From the NCBI GenBank assembly GCA_029287235.1, contig JARFRM010000224.1:10452-74451 (forward strand): a DNA stretch of 64,000 nucleotides, given 5' to 3'. Source of the stretch: Thermoanaerobaculales bacterium. Lineage in GTDB: Bacteria; Acidobacteriota; Thermoanaerobaculia; Thermoanaerobaculales; Sulfomarinibacteraceae. Of this stretch, positions 21,601 to 31,290 are shown piece by piece. Within the stretch, counting starts at the first letter, position 1. Every line of letters starts with the position of its first letter. Position numbers and translations under genes: made by a program. The notes under the pieces are model-generated. The model saw only the letters and a program-made list of their open reading frames with translations, was not told where the DNA came from and did no database searches.

Positions 21601-21672
21601 GTGGTCATCCCGGCGGTCTATCTGGTGGTGCCGTCGCGGGTCCGCGTTGAAGCCGAGGAGGCCGAGTCATGA
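18604..21672 (+). CDS. RND efflux permease subunit
   Basis: About 1020 aa; GMLVDNAIVVLE and RLRPILMTT. Confidence 0.92.
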   Translation: MRSLVALAVRRRVTVLMCALALAAFGVVGYQRLPLDLLPDISYPSLTVQTDFPDTAPAEVENLVTRPVEEAVGVLRGLRTVHSVSRPGVSEVTLEFDWGADMDLLLLDVREKLDRLILPEEAEDPVVLRFDPSLDPIIRIALGGSGNLTESRRLADRRLKQAFESLKGVASARIKGGLEEEIHVEVDQERLAALGISLDRVRQVVGVSNVNLPGGSLRGTDTQYLIRTVNEYTSVEEIGSLVLSPAGASQVRIRDVADVSWGARERTEIIRVGGVEAVEIAIYKEGDANIVTTARGVREALPEMTELVPEGYELTMLFDQSRFIEQALVEVRFTAVVGGALAILVLFAFLRDTRSTVIIATAIPLSVLFAFMAMYRLDVSLNIMSLGGLTLGIGMLVDNAIVVLESIHRKRQEGLSRAAAAITGTTEVGGAVAASTLTTVAVFLPIIFVEGIAGALFGDMAITVTLSLLASLVVAVTLIPMLSALGGGQESDRDTKRTHRAAETGLGLVSRFYNALLRAALGRKWVTILAAAVVFVIAVAGVSRLQTALIPDISQGEFYFEATLPEGTSVQATDRVLQQMTAPIDGDPEVEVAYATAGSRLVSGGLSLSTTAEHYGQLNVVLADRRDESAEERVANRLREGFSAIPELDTTFGKPTYFSLKTPIEVILFSDDLDALSAWAPVLVDKLAAVPGLVDVRSSLEEGNPELQIIFDRDRLASLGLDMRVVAETLRDRVLGSVPTRFREADRQIDIRVRNLKGQRQTDNDVRNLMIPGPDGRQLRLLTVADVREDRGPAEIHRVQQQRAAVLSANLEGRGLGSAVADIRALLAANPPPSGVIAELGGQVTEMQTSFDSLRFALALAVFLVYLVMAATFESLVHPFVVLFSIPLALVGVVLGIFITGIEISVIALIGVVMLVGIVVNNAIVLIDTVNQLRRAGMDKTEAVIRGGHLRLRPILMTTLTTVLGLLPMALSIGEGAELRAPLAITVSFGLALSTILTLVVIPAVYLVVPSRVRVEAEEAES

Positions 21673-24600
21673 CGCTTCCCGAGCTCGCCATCCGCCGCCC
21701 CGTCACCACCCTGACCATCCTCGCCTGCGCCGTGGTCCTCGGCCTGGTGGCGCTCAACCGGCTTCCCCTCGGCTTCATGCCGGAGGTCGAGGAACCGGAG
21801 CTCATCGTCCAGGTGCCGTATCCAAACGCGACACCCGAGCAGACCGAACGCCTCGTCATCCGGCCCCTCGAGGAGGTCCTGGGCTCGGTCAAGGGCGTGA
21901 CCAACATGTGGTCGATGTGTGACGCCAACGGCGGCCGGGTTCGACTCAGTTTTGCCTGGGGCCACGAGATGAGTCTCGCCCGGGCCGAAGTCATCGAACG
22001 CATCGACCGGGTGCGTCGGGAGCTCCCGGACACCATCGGGGACATTCGGGTGGGCGGCAGCTGGAACGCCGCCGAAGAAGAGGCGCCCATCCTCGAAGGG
22101 CGTCTGTCGTCGAAACGCGATCTCTCCGAGAGCTACGATCTGCTCGAACGCAAGATCGTCCGCCCCATCGAACGGATCGCCGGTGTCGCCTCGGTGAGCC
22201 TCGACGGGGTCAACCCCAAAGAGGTCCGGATCAACCTCCGCCTCGAGGATCTCGAGTCGCACGGACTCGATGTCCGGAACGTGGCGCAGGCGATCTCGGG
22301 CTCCAATTTCGATCTTTCGACCGGTGTTCTGCGAACCCAGGAGAGACGCCTCACCGTCCGCACCGTGGGCGCCTTTATGAACGTCGAACAGATCCGCGCG
22401 CTGCCGCTCGGCGCCAACGGTCTGCGGCTCGCCGATGTCGCCGATGTCCGCTACGAGGAACCGCCGCTCGAGTACGGTCGCCATCTCGACGGCGATTTCG
22501 CCATCGGGGTCACGGTCGCCGCCGAGGCCGGCGGCAATGCGGTGGTGATCTGCGACGAGGTCCGGCAACAGGTCGAGGACATGAACTCCGATCCCGAGCT
22601 CGAGGGCGTCAAGTTCCTGATCTGGTTCGACCAGGGCGCCGAGATCCGCAAGACCCTCAGAGACCTGACCTTCACCGGGTTCTTTGGCGGCCTGCTGGCC
22701 GCCGCGGTGCTCTTCGTCTTCCTCCGCAGGGTTTCCATGACCCTGGTCTCGGTGCTCTGCATCCCGTTCTCGGTCATCGTCGCCTGCGGCGCCATCTGGG
22801 CCATGGGCAAAACCATGAACACGCTCACCCTGCTCGGCCTCATCGTCGGCATCGGCATGCTCGTCGACAACGCGGTGGTGGTCATGGAGAACATCTACCG
22901 TCACCAGCAGCGGGGGCTGAGCCGGCGCGACGCCGCCCTCGTGGGATCGCGCGAGGTCTCACTGGCGGTGATCGCCGCCACCCTGACCTCGGTCATCGTT
23001 TTCTTGCCCATGATCTTCAACAAACCGTCGGAGATGAACATCTATCTCCGGGAGCTCGCGATCACGGTCTGTCTCACCCTGCTCGCCTCGCTCTTCGTCT
23101 CCCAGACTTTGATCCCGCTGGCGACCTCGAAACTGATTCGCTCGAGGTCGCGCGGCCGCGCGCCGCTCATGCTCTGGCTCGAGGACCGCTATGAGCGCCT
23201 GCTTGCGTTTTTCCTCCGCCACCGTTGGCTGACCCCGATCATCGGCCTCGCGGTCATCGCCTCGACCTGGTTCCCCTTCAGCCACATCGACAAGAACTTC
23301 GACGCCAACGAGACCGAGCTCTTTGTCCAGCTCCGCTATGAGTTCTCCGAGTCCTTGAGCCTCGAGCGGAAGGAGCGGGCGGTGTCCATCGTCGAGGACC
23401 ATCTGGTGCCGCATCGAGACGAGCTCAACGCCGAGCACATCTACAGCTTCTGGTCCGACCGCTTCTCGCTCACCCGGCTCTACATGAAAGAGGGTTTCGC
23501 AAACGACACCGACATGGCGGTGACCCGAGACAAGCTCCGCGAGCTCCTACCCGAGCTTCCCGGCATCAAGCTCGAGGTCCAGGACCAGGCGGGCCACGGT
23601 TTCCGCCGACGAGGCGGCAAACGTATCGCCTTCCAACTCGTCGGTGAGGACACCGGGGTGCTCGCCGAGCTCGCCGCCGAGGCCAAGCTCCGTATCGGGG
23701 AGATCCCCGGTCTGACCGATCCCTGGACGAGCACCCAGTCCGGTGGGATGGAGCTCTTTGTCGATCTCGACCGCGAACTCGCAGCGCGCTACGGCGTCCC
23801 CCTCAACCAGCCTGCCGAGGTGGTCTCCCTGACCTTCCGCGGTCGGCGGCTGCCGCGCTTCAGGACCCCATCCGGTGAACGCGAGATGCGGCTCACTCTC
23901 GACGAGAGGGAAACCGAGAGCATCTCCCAGCTCCACACGCTGCCGGTGTGGACCGCCGATGGTGAGAAGATTCCGCTCGCGTCCATGGCCGAGTTCCGGA
24001 TGGAGCCGGGACCCAACCGGATCCAGCGCGACAACCGCCGGACCAGCGTTTGGGTCGGCGCCCGCTACGGCGAAGGCACCATGGAGGACTACCTGCCGGC
24101 GGTGCGGACGGCCATGGATTCCATGGATCTTCCCTTCGGCTACACCTGGACTATGTCGGAGTGGGCCGACCGCCAACGCGAGCAATCGCGCGACTTCCTG
24201 ATCAACCTCCTCCTCGCCCTCGGTCTGGTCTTCGCCGTGATGGCCGGTCTCTTCGAGTCAGTGCGTCAGGCCTTCGGTCTCATGGTGGCGCTGCCGTTTG
24301 CCCTCGCCGGCGCCTTCTGGGCTCTGTGGCTCCACGGCACCGACTTCGACCAACCGGCGGCCATCGGCCTGCTGCTGCTCATCGGGGTGGTGGTCAACAA
24401 CGGCATCGTCATGATCGAGCACATCAATCTCTATCGCCGCGAGGGGATGGATCGCACCACGGCCATGCTCAAGGGCGGTCGCGAGCGGCTACGCCCCATC
24501 CTGATGACCGCCATAACGACCCTCGTGGGGCTGGTGCCCATTGTCGTTCAGCAACCATCACTGGGTGGGGTCTACTACTACTCCATGGCCATCGTCATCA

Positions 24601-24752
24601 TGGGCGGCCTCGTGGTTTCGACCTTCCTGACGACCCTCCTGCTGCCGACAACTGCCGCCCTTTCCGAGGATGTCTTCGCCGCCATCGGACGGTGGATCTC
24701 CCGCGCCTGGCACTTCCTCCAGCCCTGGAAGCGACGCCCAGCGGAGGGCTGA
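21669..24752 (+). CDS. Second RND efflux permease subunit
   Basis: 1027 aa; GMLVDNAVVVME and RLRPILMTA. Confidence 0.92.
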   Translation: MTLPELAIRRPVTTLTILACAVVLGLVALNRLPLGFMPEVEEPELIVQVPYPNATPEQTERLVIRPLEEVLGSVKGVTNMWSMCDANGGRVRLSFAWGHEMSLARAEVIERIDRVRRELPDTIGDIRVGGSWNAAEEEAPILEGRLSSKRDLSESYDLLERKIVRPIERIAGVASVSLDGVNPKEVRINLRLEDLESHGLDVRNVAQAISGSNFDLSTGVLRTQERRLTVRTVGAFMNVEQIRALPLGANGLRLADVADVRYEEPPLEYGRHLDGDFAIGVTVAAEAGGNAVVICDEVRQQVEDMNSDPELEGVKFLIWFDQGAEIRKTLRDLTFTGFFGGLLAAAVLFVFLRRVSMTLVSVLCIPFSVIVACGAIWAMGKTMNTLTLLGLIVGIGMLVDNAVVVMENIYRHQQRGLSRRDAALVGSREVSLAVIAATLTSVIVFLPMIFNKPSEMNIYLRELAITVCLTLLASLFVSQTLIPLATSKLIRSRSRGRAPLMLWLEDRYERLLAFFLRHRWLTPIIGLAVIASTWFPFSHIDKNFDANETELFVQLRYEFSESLSLERKERAVSIVEDHLVPHRDELNAEHIYSFWSDRFSLTRLYMKEGFANDTDMAVTRDKLRELLPELPGIKLEVQDQAGHGFRRRGGKRIAFQLVGEDTGVLAELAAEAKLRIGEIPGLTDPWTSTQSGGMELFVDLDRELAARYGVPLNQPAEVVSLTFRGRRLPRFRTPSGEREMRLTLDERETESISQLHTLPVWTADGEKIPLASMAEFRMEPGPNRIQRDNRRTSVWVGARYGEGTMEDYLPAVRTAMDSMDLPFGYTWTMSEWADRQREQSRDFLINLLLALGLVFAVMAGLFESVRQAFGLMVALPFALAGAFWALWLHGTDFDQPAAIGLLLLIGVVVNNGIVMIEHINLYRREGMDRTTAMLKGGRERLRPILMTAITTLVGLVPIVVQQPSLGGVYYYSMAIVIMGGLVVSTFLTTLLLPTTAALSEDVFAAIGRWISRAWHFLQPWKRRPAEG

Positions 24753-24788
24753 GGCGCTCATGGCCACCCCGGTACGACCGCGACTTCC

Positions 24789-24931
24789 CCACAGAAACAC
24801 AGAGGCACAGAGTGGCGCCCGGTGAGTATTGAAGAGTAGAGTCCGTCGCAGTCTCACCACAAAGAACGCCAAGTGCGCCAAGACCATCGCAACGGACGCT
24901 GCGATGATTGCCGGTGTGTCTCTGTGGTGAA
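24789..24931. repeat. Cluster of periodic repeats with an inverted copy (hairpin doublet)
   Basis: CCACAGAAACACAGAGGCACAGAG (24789), CACCACAAAGAACGCCAAGTGCGCCAAGA (24855) and inverted TGTGTCTCTGTGGTGAA (24915-24931), between convergent genes. Confidence 0.6.
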
Positions 24932-24970
24932 CTCCACACACATCAGGGGAGGGCGAGTCGCTCCGACGGG

Positions 24971-26353
24971 CTAGATATCGCCGGTCAGCTTCGAGGTGAT
25001 GTTGTCCTCGATCCACTTGCCGTCGAGCCACTGGAGCGGATCCACCGACTGACCGTGGACAAAGATCTCGAGATGGAGGTGGTCCCCGCCGGCAAGGCCG
25101 GTGGTCCCGCTCCGGCCGATGACCTGACCGCGGTCGACCGCATCCCCCTCGGTGACATCGATGGATGAGAGGTGACCGCTCAAGGACATGAGTCCGAATC
25201 CGTGGTCGATGGCCACCGCATTGCCGTAGAGGGTCATCCACCCGGCGGAGATCACCCGGCCCGCGTTGGGCGCCGGCACCGGCGCACGGGCGGTGGAGGC
25301 AAGATCGAGCCCGAGGTGGGTCTGACGATCCACCTCGCGGCCGTCATAAAGATATTCCCTGGTCTGGGCGAAGTTGGCCTTGAGCTCGGAGTTGGTCATC
25401 TGGAGGAACGGCCCCGACCACAGGAAGGACGGCTCACTCTGCGCTGCCAGCTCGGCCACTCGGCCAAGCTCCGCCCTCCTCAGCTCTCCGTTGATGACGA
25501 GGTACTGTTCCAGCAGCGGAGGCGAATCATCAAAACCGGGCGTACGGCTCGCGATGGCGGGAACCACCCTCTCGAGGAAGCTGTCGCTGATTCGAATGGT
25601 GTCGACCCGTTTGGAAAGGGGTTTGAAGAGATCGAGAAAGGCGAGCTCGACCCGGTTGCCGGCGTCGTCCTCGGCAAAGAGCCGGATCTCACCCGCGTCG
25701 TCGAGATTCCAGGGCAGGGCGAAAATCGCGAAGTAGTCCCCGGGACGACCGCCCTCGAGGGCGGAGCCAGGTGATTCGTGGGTTCCGGCCCGGACCCCGG
25801 ACTTCACCGCCGTCTCTCCAACCCGGTAACGCACCGCTCCCGATCCACCCTGTTGGCCGTAGTGCTGCGAAGACAGCAGCTCCAGCCGTGGCGGACGCAA
25901 CCGGACCGGGAGGGTGGTCTCCACCACGACGGGCTCACCGCGGCGCAGGTACCCGACCGATCGATCGGCGGTCGCCCTGAGAACGACTTCGCCGTCATCG
26001 AGCCAATCAAAACCCGTAGTTCCGACGATGGTGGTGAGAACCACCTCCGCCGTCCCGTGATCGCCCGACCAGGGCAGCAGTGATCCGCGCTTCATGGACC
26101 GTTGCTCGAGGACCTCCACGCGGTCGCCCTGGATCAGTTCCAAGCGGATGCTCCCGAGGCCATGTGTCGGCTCGCTGAAGCCGGCGATCACCGTCGTGGC
26201 CTTGCCGATGGCCGGGCGGTCGGTCCGGAGCTCCACCTCGGGCGCCGGACCGACTCGAAGCGCGAGCCAGAGGCCGCAACCGAGGAGGGCGACGATGAGT
26301 ACGAAAAAGAAAAACCGGGCCTTTCTGCGGGGCTTGCGCGCACCGATTCGCAT
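24971..26353 (-). CDS. M23 family metallopeptidase
   Basis: HLGLDLA (HxxxD), YGNAVAIDHG, HLHLE; N-terminal TM anchor. Confidence 0.9.
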   Translation of the reverse strand: MRIGARKPRRKARFFFFVLIVALLGCGLWLALRVGPAPEVELRTDRPAIGKATTVIAGFSEPTHGLGSIRLELIQGDRVEVLEQRSMKRGSLLPWSGDHGTAEVVLTTIVGTTGFDWLDDGEVVLRATADRSVGYLRRGEPVVVETTLPVRLRPPRLELLSSQHYGQQGGSGAVRYRVGETAVKSGVRAGTHESPGSALEGGRPGDYFAIFALPWNLDDAGEIRLFAEDDAGNRVELAFLDLFKPLSKRVDTIRISDSFLERVVPAIASRTPGFDDSPPLLEQYLVINGELRRAELGRVAELAAQSEPSFLWSGPFLQMTNSELKANFAQTREYLYDGREVDRQTHLGLDLASTARAPVPAPNAGRVISAGWMTLYGNAVAIDHGFGLMSLSGHLSSIDVTEGDAVDRGQVIGRSGTTGLAGGDHLHLEIFVHGQSVDPLQWLDGKWIEDNITSKLTGDI

Positions 26354-26540
26354 GGGCTCTCCTTTACCGACCCCGGGGGGCGGATCGTGCAGAGAGGATA
26401 TCTCAACATGTGCCGGACGACTCGATGTGGGTCACATCTGCTCGCCCTTCGGCATTGGTGGTCTTGACCGAAAGCCGAAAGAAGGTAGTCTCGGGGCGGT
26501 GGGCGGGTGGGAGAATCCATTCGCACCGAGGAGGTCAGAC

Positions 26541-27917
26541 ATGCGCACCATCATCGAGCCTTTCCGCATCAAGATGACCGAGCCGCTCAAGATCACCTCC
26601 GCCACCGATCGGAAGGCGGCCCTCGATGCCGCTCACCACAATGTCTTCCTCCTCGATGCCGAGGACTGCTGCATCGATCTCCTCACCGACTCGGGCACCG
26701 GCGCCATGTCCACCGAACAGTGGGCGGCCATGATGCTCGGCGACGAGAGCTACGCCGGCAGTCGGTCGTGGAAGCGTTTCGAGGAAAGCGTCGGCGGGAT
26801 CACCGGGATGGAGCACATCTTCCCCACCCACCAGGGCCGAGCGGCGGAGGGAATCCTCGCGGCCTGCGTTCTCAAACCGGGTGACATCGTTCCCAACAAC
26901 AGCCACTTCGACACGACGAGGGCCAACATCGAGTACTGTGGCGCGGTGGCCCTCAACCTGCCCTGCCCGGAGGCCTTCGACACCCAGGCGGAGGCCCCAT
27001 TCAAGGGCAACATGGACATCGGCAATCTTCGCGCCTGCATCGCCGAGCACGGCGCCGAAAAGATCCCCTTCGGCATGATGACCGTGACCAACAACACCGG
27101 CGGTGGTCAACCGGTCTCCATGGCCAATCTCCGCGAGGTCAGGGCCGTGCTCTCCGAGCACGGGATCCCCTTTGTCATCGACGCCTGCCGCTTCGCCGAA
27201 AACGCCTACTTTGTGCGCCAACGCGAGGCCGGCTACTCGAACCGGTCGCTGACGGACATCGCTCAGGAGATGTTCTCCCTCGCCGATGGCGCCACCATGA
27301 GCTGCAAGAAGGACGGTCTGGCCAATATCGGTGGCTTCCTGGTGTGTCGTAATGACGAATGGGCCGAACGTTTCCGCAACCTGCTGATCCTCCGTGAGGG
27401 CTTCCCCACCTATGGTGGTCTCGCGGGCCGCGATCTCGAGGCCATCGCCGTCGGTCTGAAGGAAGCCCTCGACTACGACTACCAGGTCTACCGCCACGCG
27501 ACGGTGGAGTACATGGTGGATCGTCTGTCCGAAGTGGGGGTTCCAATGGTCCGGCCTGCCGGCGGCCACGCCGTCTTCCTCGATGTCCGGCAGATGCTGC
27601 CGGAGATGAATCCCCTCCACTACCCGGGAATCGGGGTCGTCAACGCACTCTACCTCGCCGGCGGGGTCCGTGCGGTGGAGCTCGGCACGGTCATGTTCGG
27701 CCACTTTGACGCCGACGGAAACGAGCAGCCGTCACCGCTGGAGCTGGTTCGCCTGGCATTCCCGCGGCGGGTCTACACCCAGAGTCACTTCGACTATCTC
27801 ATCGAGGTCATCGAGCAGGTCTGGAAGGAGCGAGGGACGATTCCGGGCCACCGGATCACCCAGCAGCCCAAGATGCTGAGGCATTTCACCTGTCATTTCA
27901 AACCATTGAATGACTAA
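26541..27917 (+). CDS. tnaA: Tryptophanase (beta-eliminating lyase)
   Basis: IDLLTDSGT, THQGR, MSCKKD PLP lysine; C-terminal LRHFT fits tryptophanase rather than tyrosine phenol-lyase (LRFFT). GAGGAGG RBS precedes ATG 26541. Confidence 0.85.
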   Translation: MRTIIEPFRIKMTEPLKITSATDRKAALDAAHHNVFLLDAEDCCIDLLTDSGTGAMSTEQWAAMMLGDESYAGSRSWKRFEESVGGITGMEHIFPTHQGRAAEGILAACVLKPGDIVPNNSHFDTTRANIEYCGAVALNLPCPEAFDTQAEAPFKGNMDIGNLRACIAEHGAEKIPFGMMTVTNNTGGGQPVSMANLREVRAVLSEHGIPFVIDACRFAENAYFVRQREAGYSNRSLTDIAQEMFSLADGATMSCKKDGLANIGGFLVCRNDEWAERFRNLLILREGFPTYGGLAGRDLEAIAVGLKEALDYDYQVYRHATVEYMVDRLSEVGVPMVRPAGGHAVFLDVRQMLPEMNPLHYPGIGVVNALYLAGGVRAVELGTVMFGHFDADGNEQPSPLELVRLAFPRRVYTQSHFDYLIEVIEQVWKERGTIPGHRITQQPKMLRHFTCHFKPLND

Positions 27918-28039
27918 CCGCAAGGACGCAAGGTGCGCCAGGCATCACAATGAATCCATCAATGAGGAAGGGTGCTCAACATGTTGAGCACCCTTCCTCA
28001 TCGATTGGGGTTCCTTGCGATCCTTGCGTCCTCGCGGTT
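27916..28039. repeat. REPIN-like palindromic element with a perfect 40-bp central palindrome
   Basis: ATGAGGAAGGGTGCTCAACA|TGTTGAGCACCCTTCCTCAT at 27962-28001, flanked by inverted ~27-bp repeats AACCGCAAGGACGCAAGG / CCTTGCGTCCTCGCGGTT. Confidence 0.85.
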
Positions 28040-28040
28040 C

Positions 28041-28967
28041 CTATCCGATCGCGTCGAGGCGCTGCGCCTGCTCCCAGCCGACGATGGCCTGTTTGCGCGC
28101 AGCTCCCCAGCGGTACTGACCGAACGCCCCCATGGAGCGGATCACCCTGTGGCACGGGATGAGGTAGGCGATGTGGTTGGCCGCCACCGCCGAAGCCACC
28201 GCCCGGGTGGCCGTCGGCCGGCCCATGAGCGCGGCGAGATCCTGATACGAGCACAGACCACCGGACGGAACCTTGAGCAGGGCCTCCCAGACTTTGAGCT
28301 GGAAGTTGGTTCCGGAGAGGAGCACGGGGAGGGGCTCCCCGTCGCATCCCCCTTGGGGCGTAAAGATCCGGTCCCGCCACAGCGCCGCGGTGGCCTGGTC
28401 CTCTCGAAACTCCGCATTGCAGAAGCTTTCACGGAGGTCTTCCACCGCATCCGATCGACCATCATCGTCGGGGAAGGCGAGCCAGCACACTCCCCGTTCG
28501 GTGGCGCCGATGAGAGCGTCGCCGAACGGAGTTTCCCCGCTTCCCCACCTGATGGTGAGTCCCTCTCCTCGCCGTTTGTACTCACCCGGCGTGACCGCAT
28601 CGACGGCCACCATCAGATCGTGGAGACGACCGGGTGAAGAGAGCCCCGCCTCAAAGGTCGTCTCGAGAACCGATCGAGTCTCGGTGAGACACCGCCGGGC
28701 ATGCTCCACCGTCAGGTACTGGAGAAAACGCTTGGGACTGATCCCGACCCAATCTCTGAAGATGCGTTGAAAGTGAAATGGGCTCAAACCGACCTGATCC
28801 GCAACATCTTCGAGGCTCGGCTGATCCGCCCGGTTGGCGTCAAGATAAGCGAGCGCCCGTTCGATCCGCTGGTAGTCACGATGCCGTTCGTTGGTTTCCA
28901 TGTCGCAAATGTAGGGCATGCTCCGAGAGTCATCCACCCGATTCTTGCGGTGTGATTCGGCGTTCAA
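28041..28967 (-). CDS. ada: AraC-HTH + O6-methylguanine-DNA methyltransferase (Ada-like)
   Basis: LSPFHFQRIF HTH, FQLKVWEAL, IPCHRV active site; true start may be ATG 28901. Confidence 0.85.
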   Translation of the reverse strand: MNAESHRKNRVDDSRSMPYICDMETNERHRDYQRIERALAYLDANRADQPSLEDVADQVGLSPFHFQRIFRDWVGISPKRFLQYLTVEHARRCLTETRSVLETTFEAGLSSPGRLHDLMVAVDAVTPGEYKRRGEGLTIRWGSGETPFGDALIGATERGVCWLAFPDDDGRSDAVEDLRESFCNAEFREDQATAALWRDRIFTPQGGCDGEPLPVLLSGTNFQLKVWEALLKVPSGGLCSYQDLAALMGRPTATRAVASAVAANHIAYLIPCHRVIRSMGAFGQYRWGAARKQAIVGWEQAQRLDAIG

Positions 28968-30397
28968 GTCGTGATGAGGAGAATCGCAACGAGGTAGTAG
29001 ATCCCGATGGCGACGATGTCGTCGATGGTGGTCACCGCGGGACCGGCTGCGATGGCGGGATCGATATTGACCAGACGAAAGAAGAAGGGCACCAAGACCC
29101 CAAGGATGGCCGAGGCGATGATGGCCACAAACATGGAAATGGCCACGGTAGCCGAAAGCCGGAGATCACCGTGCCACAGCTGGCTCACGACACCTGAAAG
29201 AACAGCGCAGGCCAGACCCATGAGCGAGCTGACCACCAACTCTTTGAAGAGAAAGTGGCCGAGGTTCTGGAAGTCCACACGACCGGTGGCGAAGCCGCGA
29301 ACGACGATGGTCGCCGACTGCGAGCCGACATTGCCGCCCATTGCGCCGATCACGAGCACAAACGGCACCAGTTCTTTCATGTGCGGAAACGAGATCTGAA
29401 ATCCGCTGGTCAGCACCGCCGGCACGGCCAGCCCCGCCAAGGTGGCAAGCAGCCACGGCAACCGCATCCCGGCGATCCGGAAGAGCTGATCGGTATAGAC
29501 CAACTCGGGCTCTGCGGTCGTGGCTCCGGCCATGTGCATGATGTCCTCGTCGGCCTCTTCCTGGAGGACATCGACCACGTCGTCGTGCAGGATCCGCCCC
29601 AGCAGCCGGCCGTCGATGTCGACCACCGGCAGCGCCACCAGGTCATAGCGTTTGAACATCCGGGCCACGCTCTCCTGGTCCTCCTCGGGGTTGACCGCGC
29701 GGATCTTGGTCTTCATGAGCTCACGGATCGGCCGATCGCCCCGGAAGAGAAGCAACGCGCCGAGGTTGAGAACCCCGACGAGCCGGTTCTCGTCATCGAC
29801 CACGTAGACGAAGAAGATCTCGCCGACGTCCTCCTTCGCCGAGCGAAGAACACCCACAGCCTGATCGACCGTGGCGTGCTCGCTGATCGAGACGAGCTCG
29901 GTCTGCATGAGGCCGCCGGCCGTGTCCTCGGGGTAGGCGAGGAGGGTCTGGACCTCGTGCCGATCCTCCCGCGGCAGCGCTTCGATCACATCGGCTGCAA
30001 CGTCCTCGGGGAGATCGGCGATGACGTCGGCGGCGTCGTCCGACGCCATCTCCTCGACGACATCGGTGAGTTGCTGCGGCAGCAGGTGTTCGGCGAGATC
30101 GTCCCGAAGGTGGTCGGGCAGCTCTTCCATGACATCCGAGATCCGAGCGATATCGAGCCGTGTCAGCAGCGGTGGCCAGAGTTCGTGCGGAAGCACTCCG
30201 AGCAGCGCAGCCAAATCGGCTGGGTGGGTTCCCCGGACCACCTCGTCGAGGGCGGACTCGTCTCCGTCCTCGATGAGATTCGAGACCTTTGACGCGGCAT
30301 CGCGCAGACCGTCCGGGGCGAACTCAACGGTCAGGGCATCTCCCGTCGCCTCGGTCGTGTCATCGACTTGCGTTTGGTCAATCAACGGATCGGTCAC
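28964..30397 (-). CDS. mgtE: Magnesium transporter MgtE
   Basis: MgtE_N domain, CBS pair (YPEDTAGGLM), RLPWL, GGNVGSQ, IDPAIAAGPAVTT. Confidence 0.93.
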   Translation of the reverse strand: MTDPLIDQTQVDDTTEATGDALTVEFAPDGLRDAASKVSNLIEDGDESALDEVVRGTHPADLAALLGVLPHELWPPLLTRLDIARISDVMEELPDHLRDDLAEHLLPQQLTDVVEEMASDDAADVIADLPEDVAADVIEALPREDRHEVQTLLAYPEDTAGGLMQTELVSISEHATVDQAVGVLRSAKEDVGEIFFVYVVDDENRLVGVLNLGALLLFRGDRPIRELMKTKIRAVNPEEDQESVARMFKRYDLVALPVVDIDGRLLGRILHDDVVDVLQEEADEDIMHMAGATTAEPELVYTDQLFRIAGMRLPWLLATLAGLAVPAVLTSGFQISFPHMKELVPFVLVIGAMGGNVGSQSATIVVRGFATGRVDFQNLGHFLFKELVVSSLMGLACAVLSGVVSQLWHGDLRLSATVAISMFVAIIASAILGVLVPFFFRLVNIDPAIAAGPAVTTIDDIVAIGIYYLVAILLITT

Positions 30398-30483
30398 TTC
30401 ACCCCCAACGAAAGAGCCTACCGCGGCGCGGGCGAGCTTTCAAACCCGTAACCAAGGGACCGCATCCATCACTACCGAATCGT

Positions 30484-31290
30484 CTACGCCTTCCCCATAG
30501 CGATGGGATTCGAAGATCCCCGGGCATAGCCCGAAAGATCGATGGTGACGAACCGAAAACCCGCATCGCGGACGCCGTCGAGGAGCTTCTCCCGCAGGTC
30601 ATCGTCGGCCAGGCGACCGATCTCCACCGCCGGGACCTCGATCCGCGCCAGATCACCGTGGAACCGCACCCGGTACTGGGTGAAACCGAGTCCGGCAACG
30701 ACCTCTTCGGCCGCCGCCACCCGTCCGAGCCCGGTGATGGTGATGGGAGTGCCGGTGGGAAAACGAGAGGCGAGACAGGCGAGCTCAGGCTTGGACGCCG
30801 TCGGCAGACCGAGACGACGCGAGTGGTCGCGGATCGCCGACTTGTCAAAACCGAGCTCGGTGAAGGGAGAGCGGACCCCGGCTTCATCGGCCGCCCGGTT
30901 GCCCGGGCGGTGATCCGAAAGATCATCGGTGTTGAGTCCGTTGACGATGACGGCCAGGCCGCGCTCGGTCGCGATCCGTTCACAGATCGAGTAGAGCTCG
31001 GTCTTGCAGTGGTAGCAGCGGTCGTCATCGTTGGCGAGATACTGCGGTTTGGACGTCTCGTCCGAGCGCTCGAGGAGATGGGTGATCCCGATGCGCTCCG
31101 CCAGCTCCGTAGCCTCGTCGAGCTCGGCGGGGGCGAGGGAGGCCGAGACCGCGGTCACCGCCACCGCACGATCTCCGAGCGCGTCGTAGGCCGCCTTCGC
31201 CAACAGGGTGCTATCGACCCCCCCGGAATAGGCGACGAGGGCAGAGCCCTGATCGCGGAACCAGTCAAGCAGGACTTCGTAGTTCGACAC
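30484..31290 (-). CDS. larE: ATP-dependent sulfur transferase LarE
   Basis: AYSGGVDST PP-loop, CYHCK, DHRPG, ACLASRFP. Confidence 0.92.
   Translation of the reverse strand: MSNYEVLLDWFRDQGSALVAYSGGVDSTLLAKAAYDALGDRAVAVTAVSASLAPAELDEATELAERIGITHLLERSDETSKPQYLANDDDRCYHCKTELYSICERIATERGLAVIVNGLNTDDLSDHRPGNRAADEAGVRSPFTELGFDKSAIRDHSRRLGLPTASKPELACLASRFPTGTPITITGLGRVAAAEEVVAGLGFTQYRVRFHGDLARIEVPAVEIGRLADDDLREKLLDGVRDAGFRFVTIDLSGYARGSSNPIAMGKA

Noticed and set aside
24789-24931. CRISPR array interpretation of the repeats here and at 62620-62757
   Set aside because: Copies are divergent, irregularly spaced and partly inverted, and no cas genes are present.
26094-26540. N-terminal extension of the tryptophanase ORF (607 aa in the track)
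   Set aside because: It overlaps the M23 gene, and a strong RBS and family-typical start lie at 26541. Similar over-extensions were trimmed for the sulfatase, VWA, larC, nhaA and rSAM ORFs.
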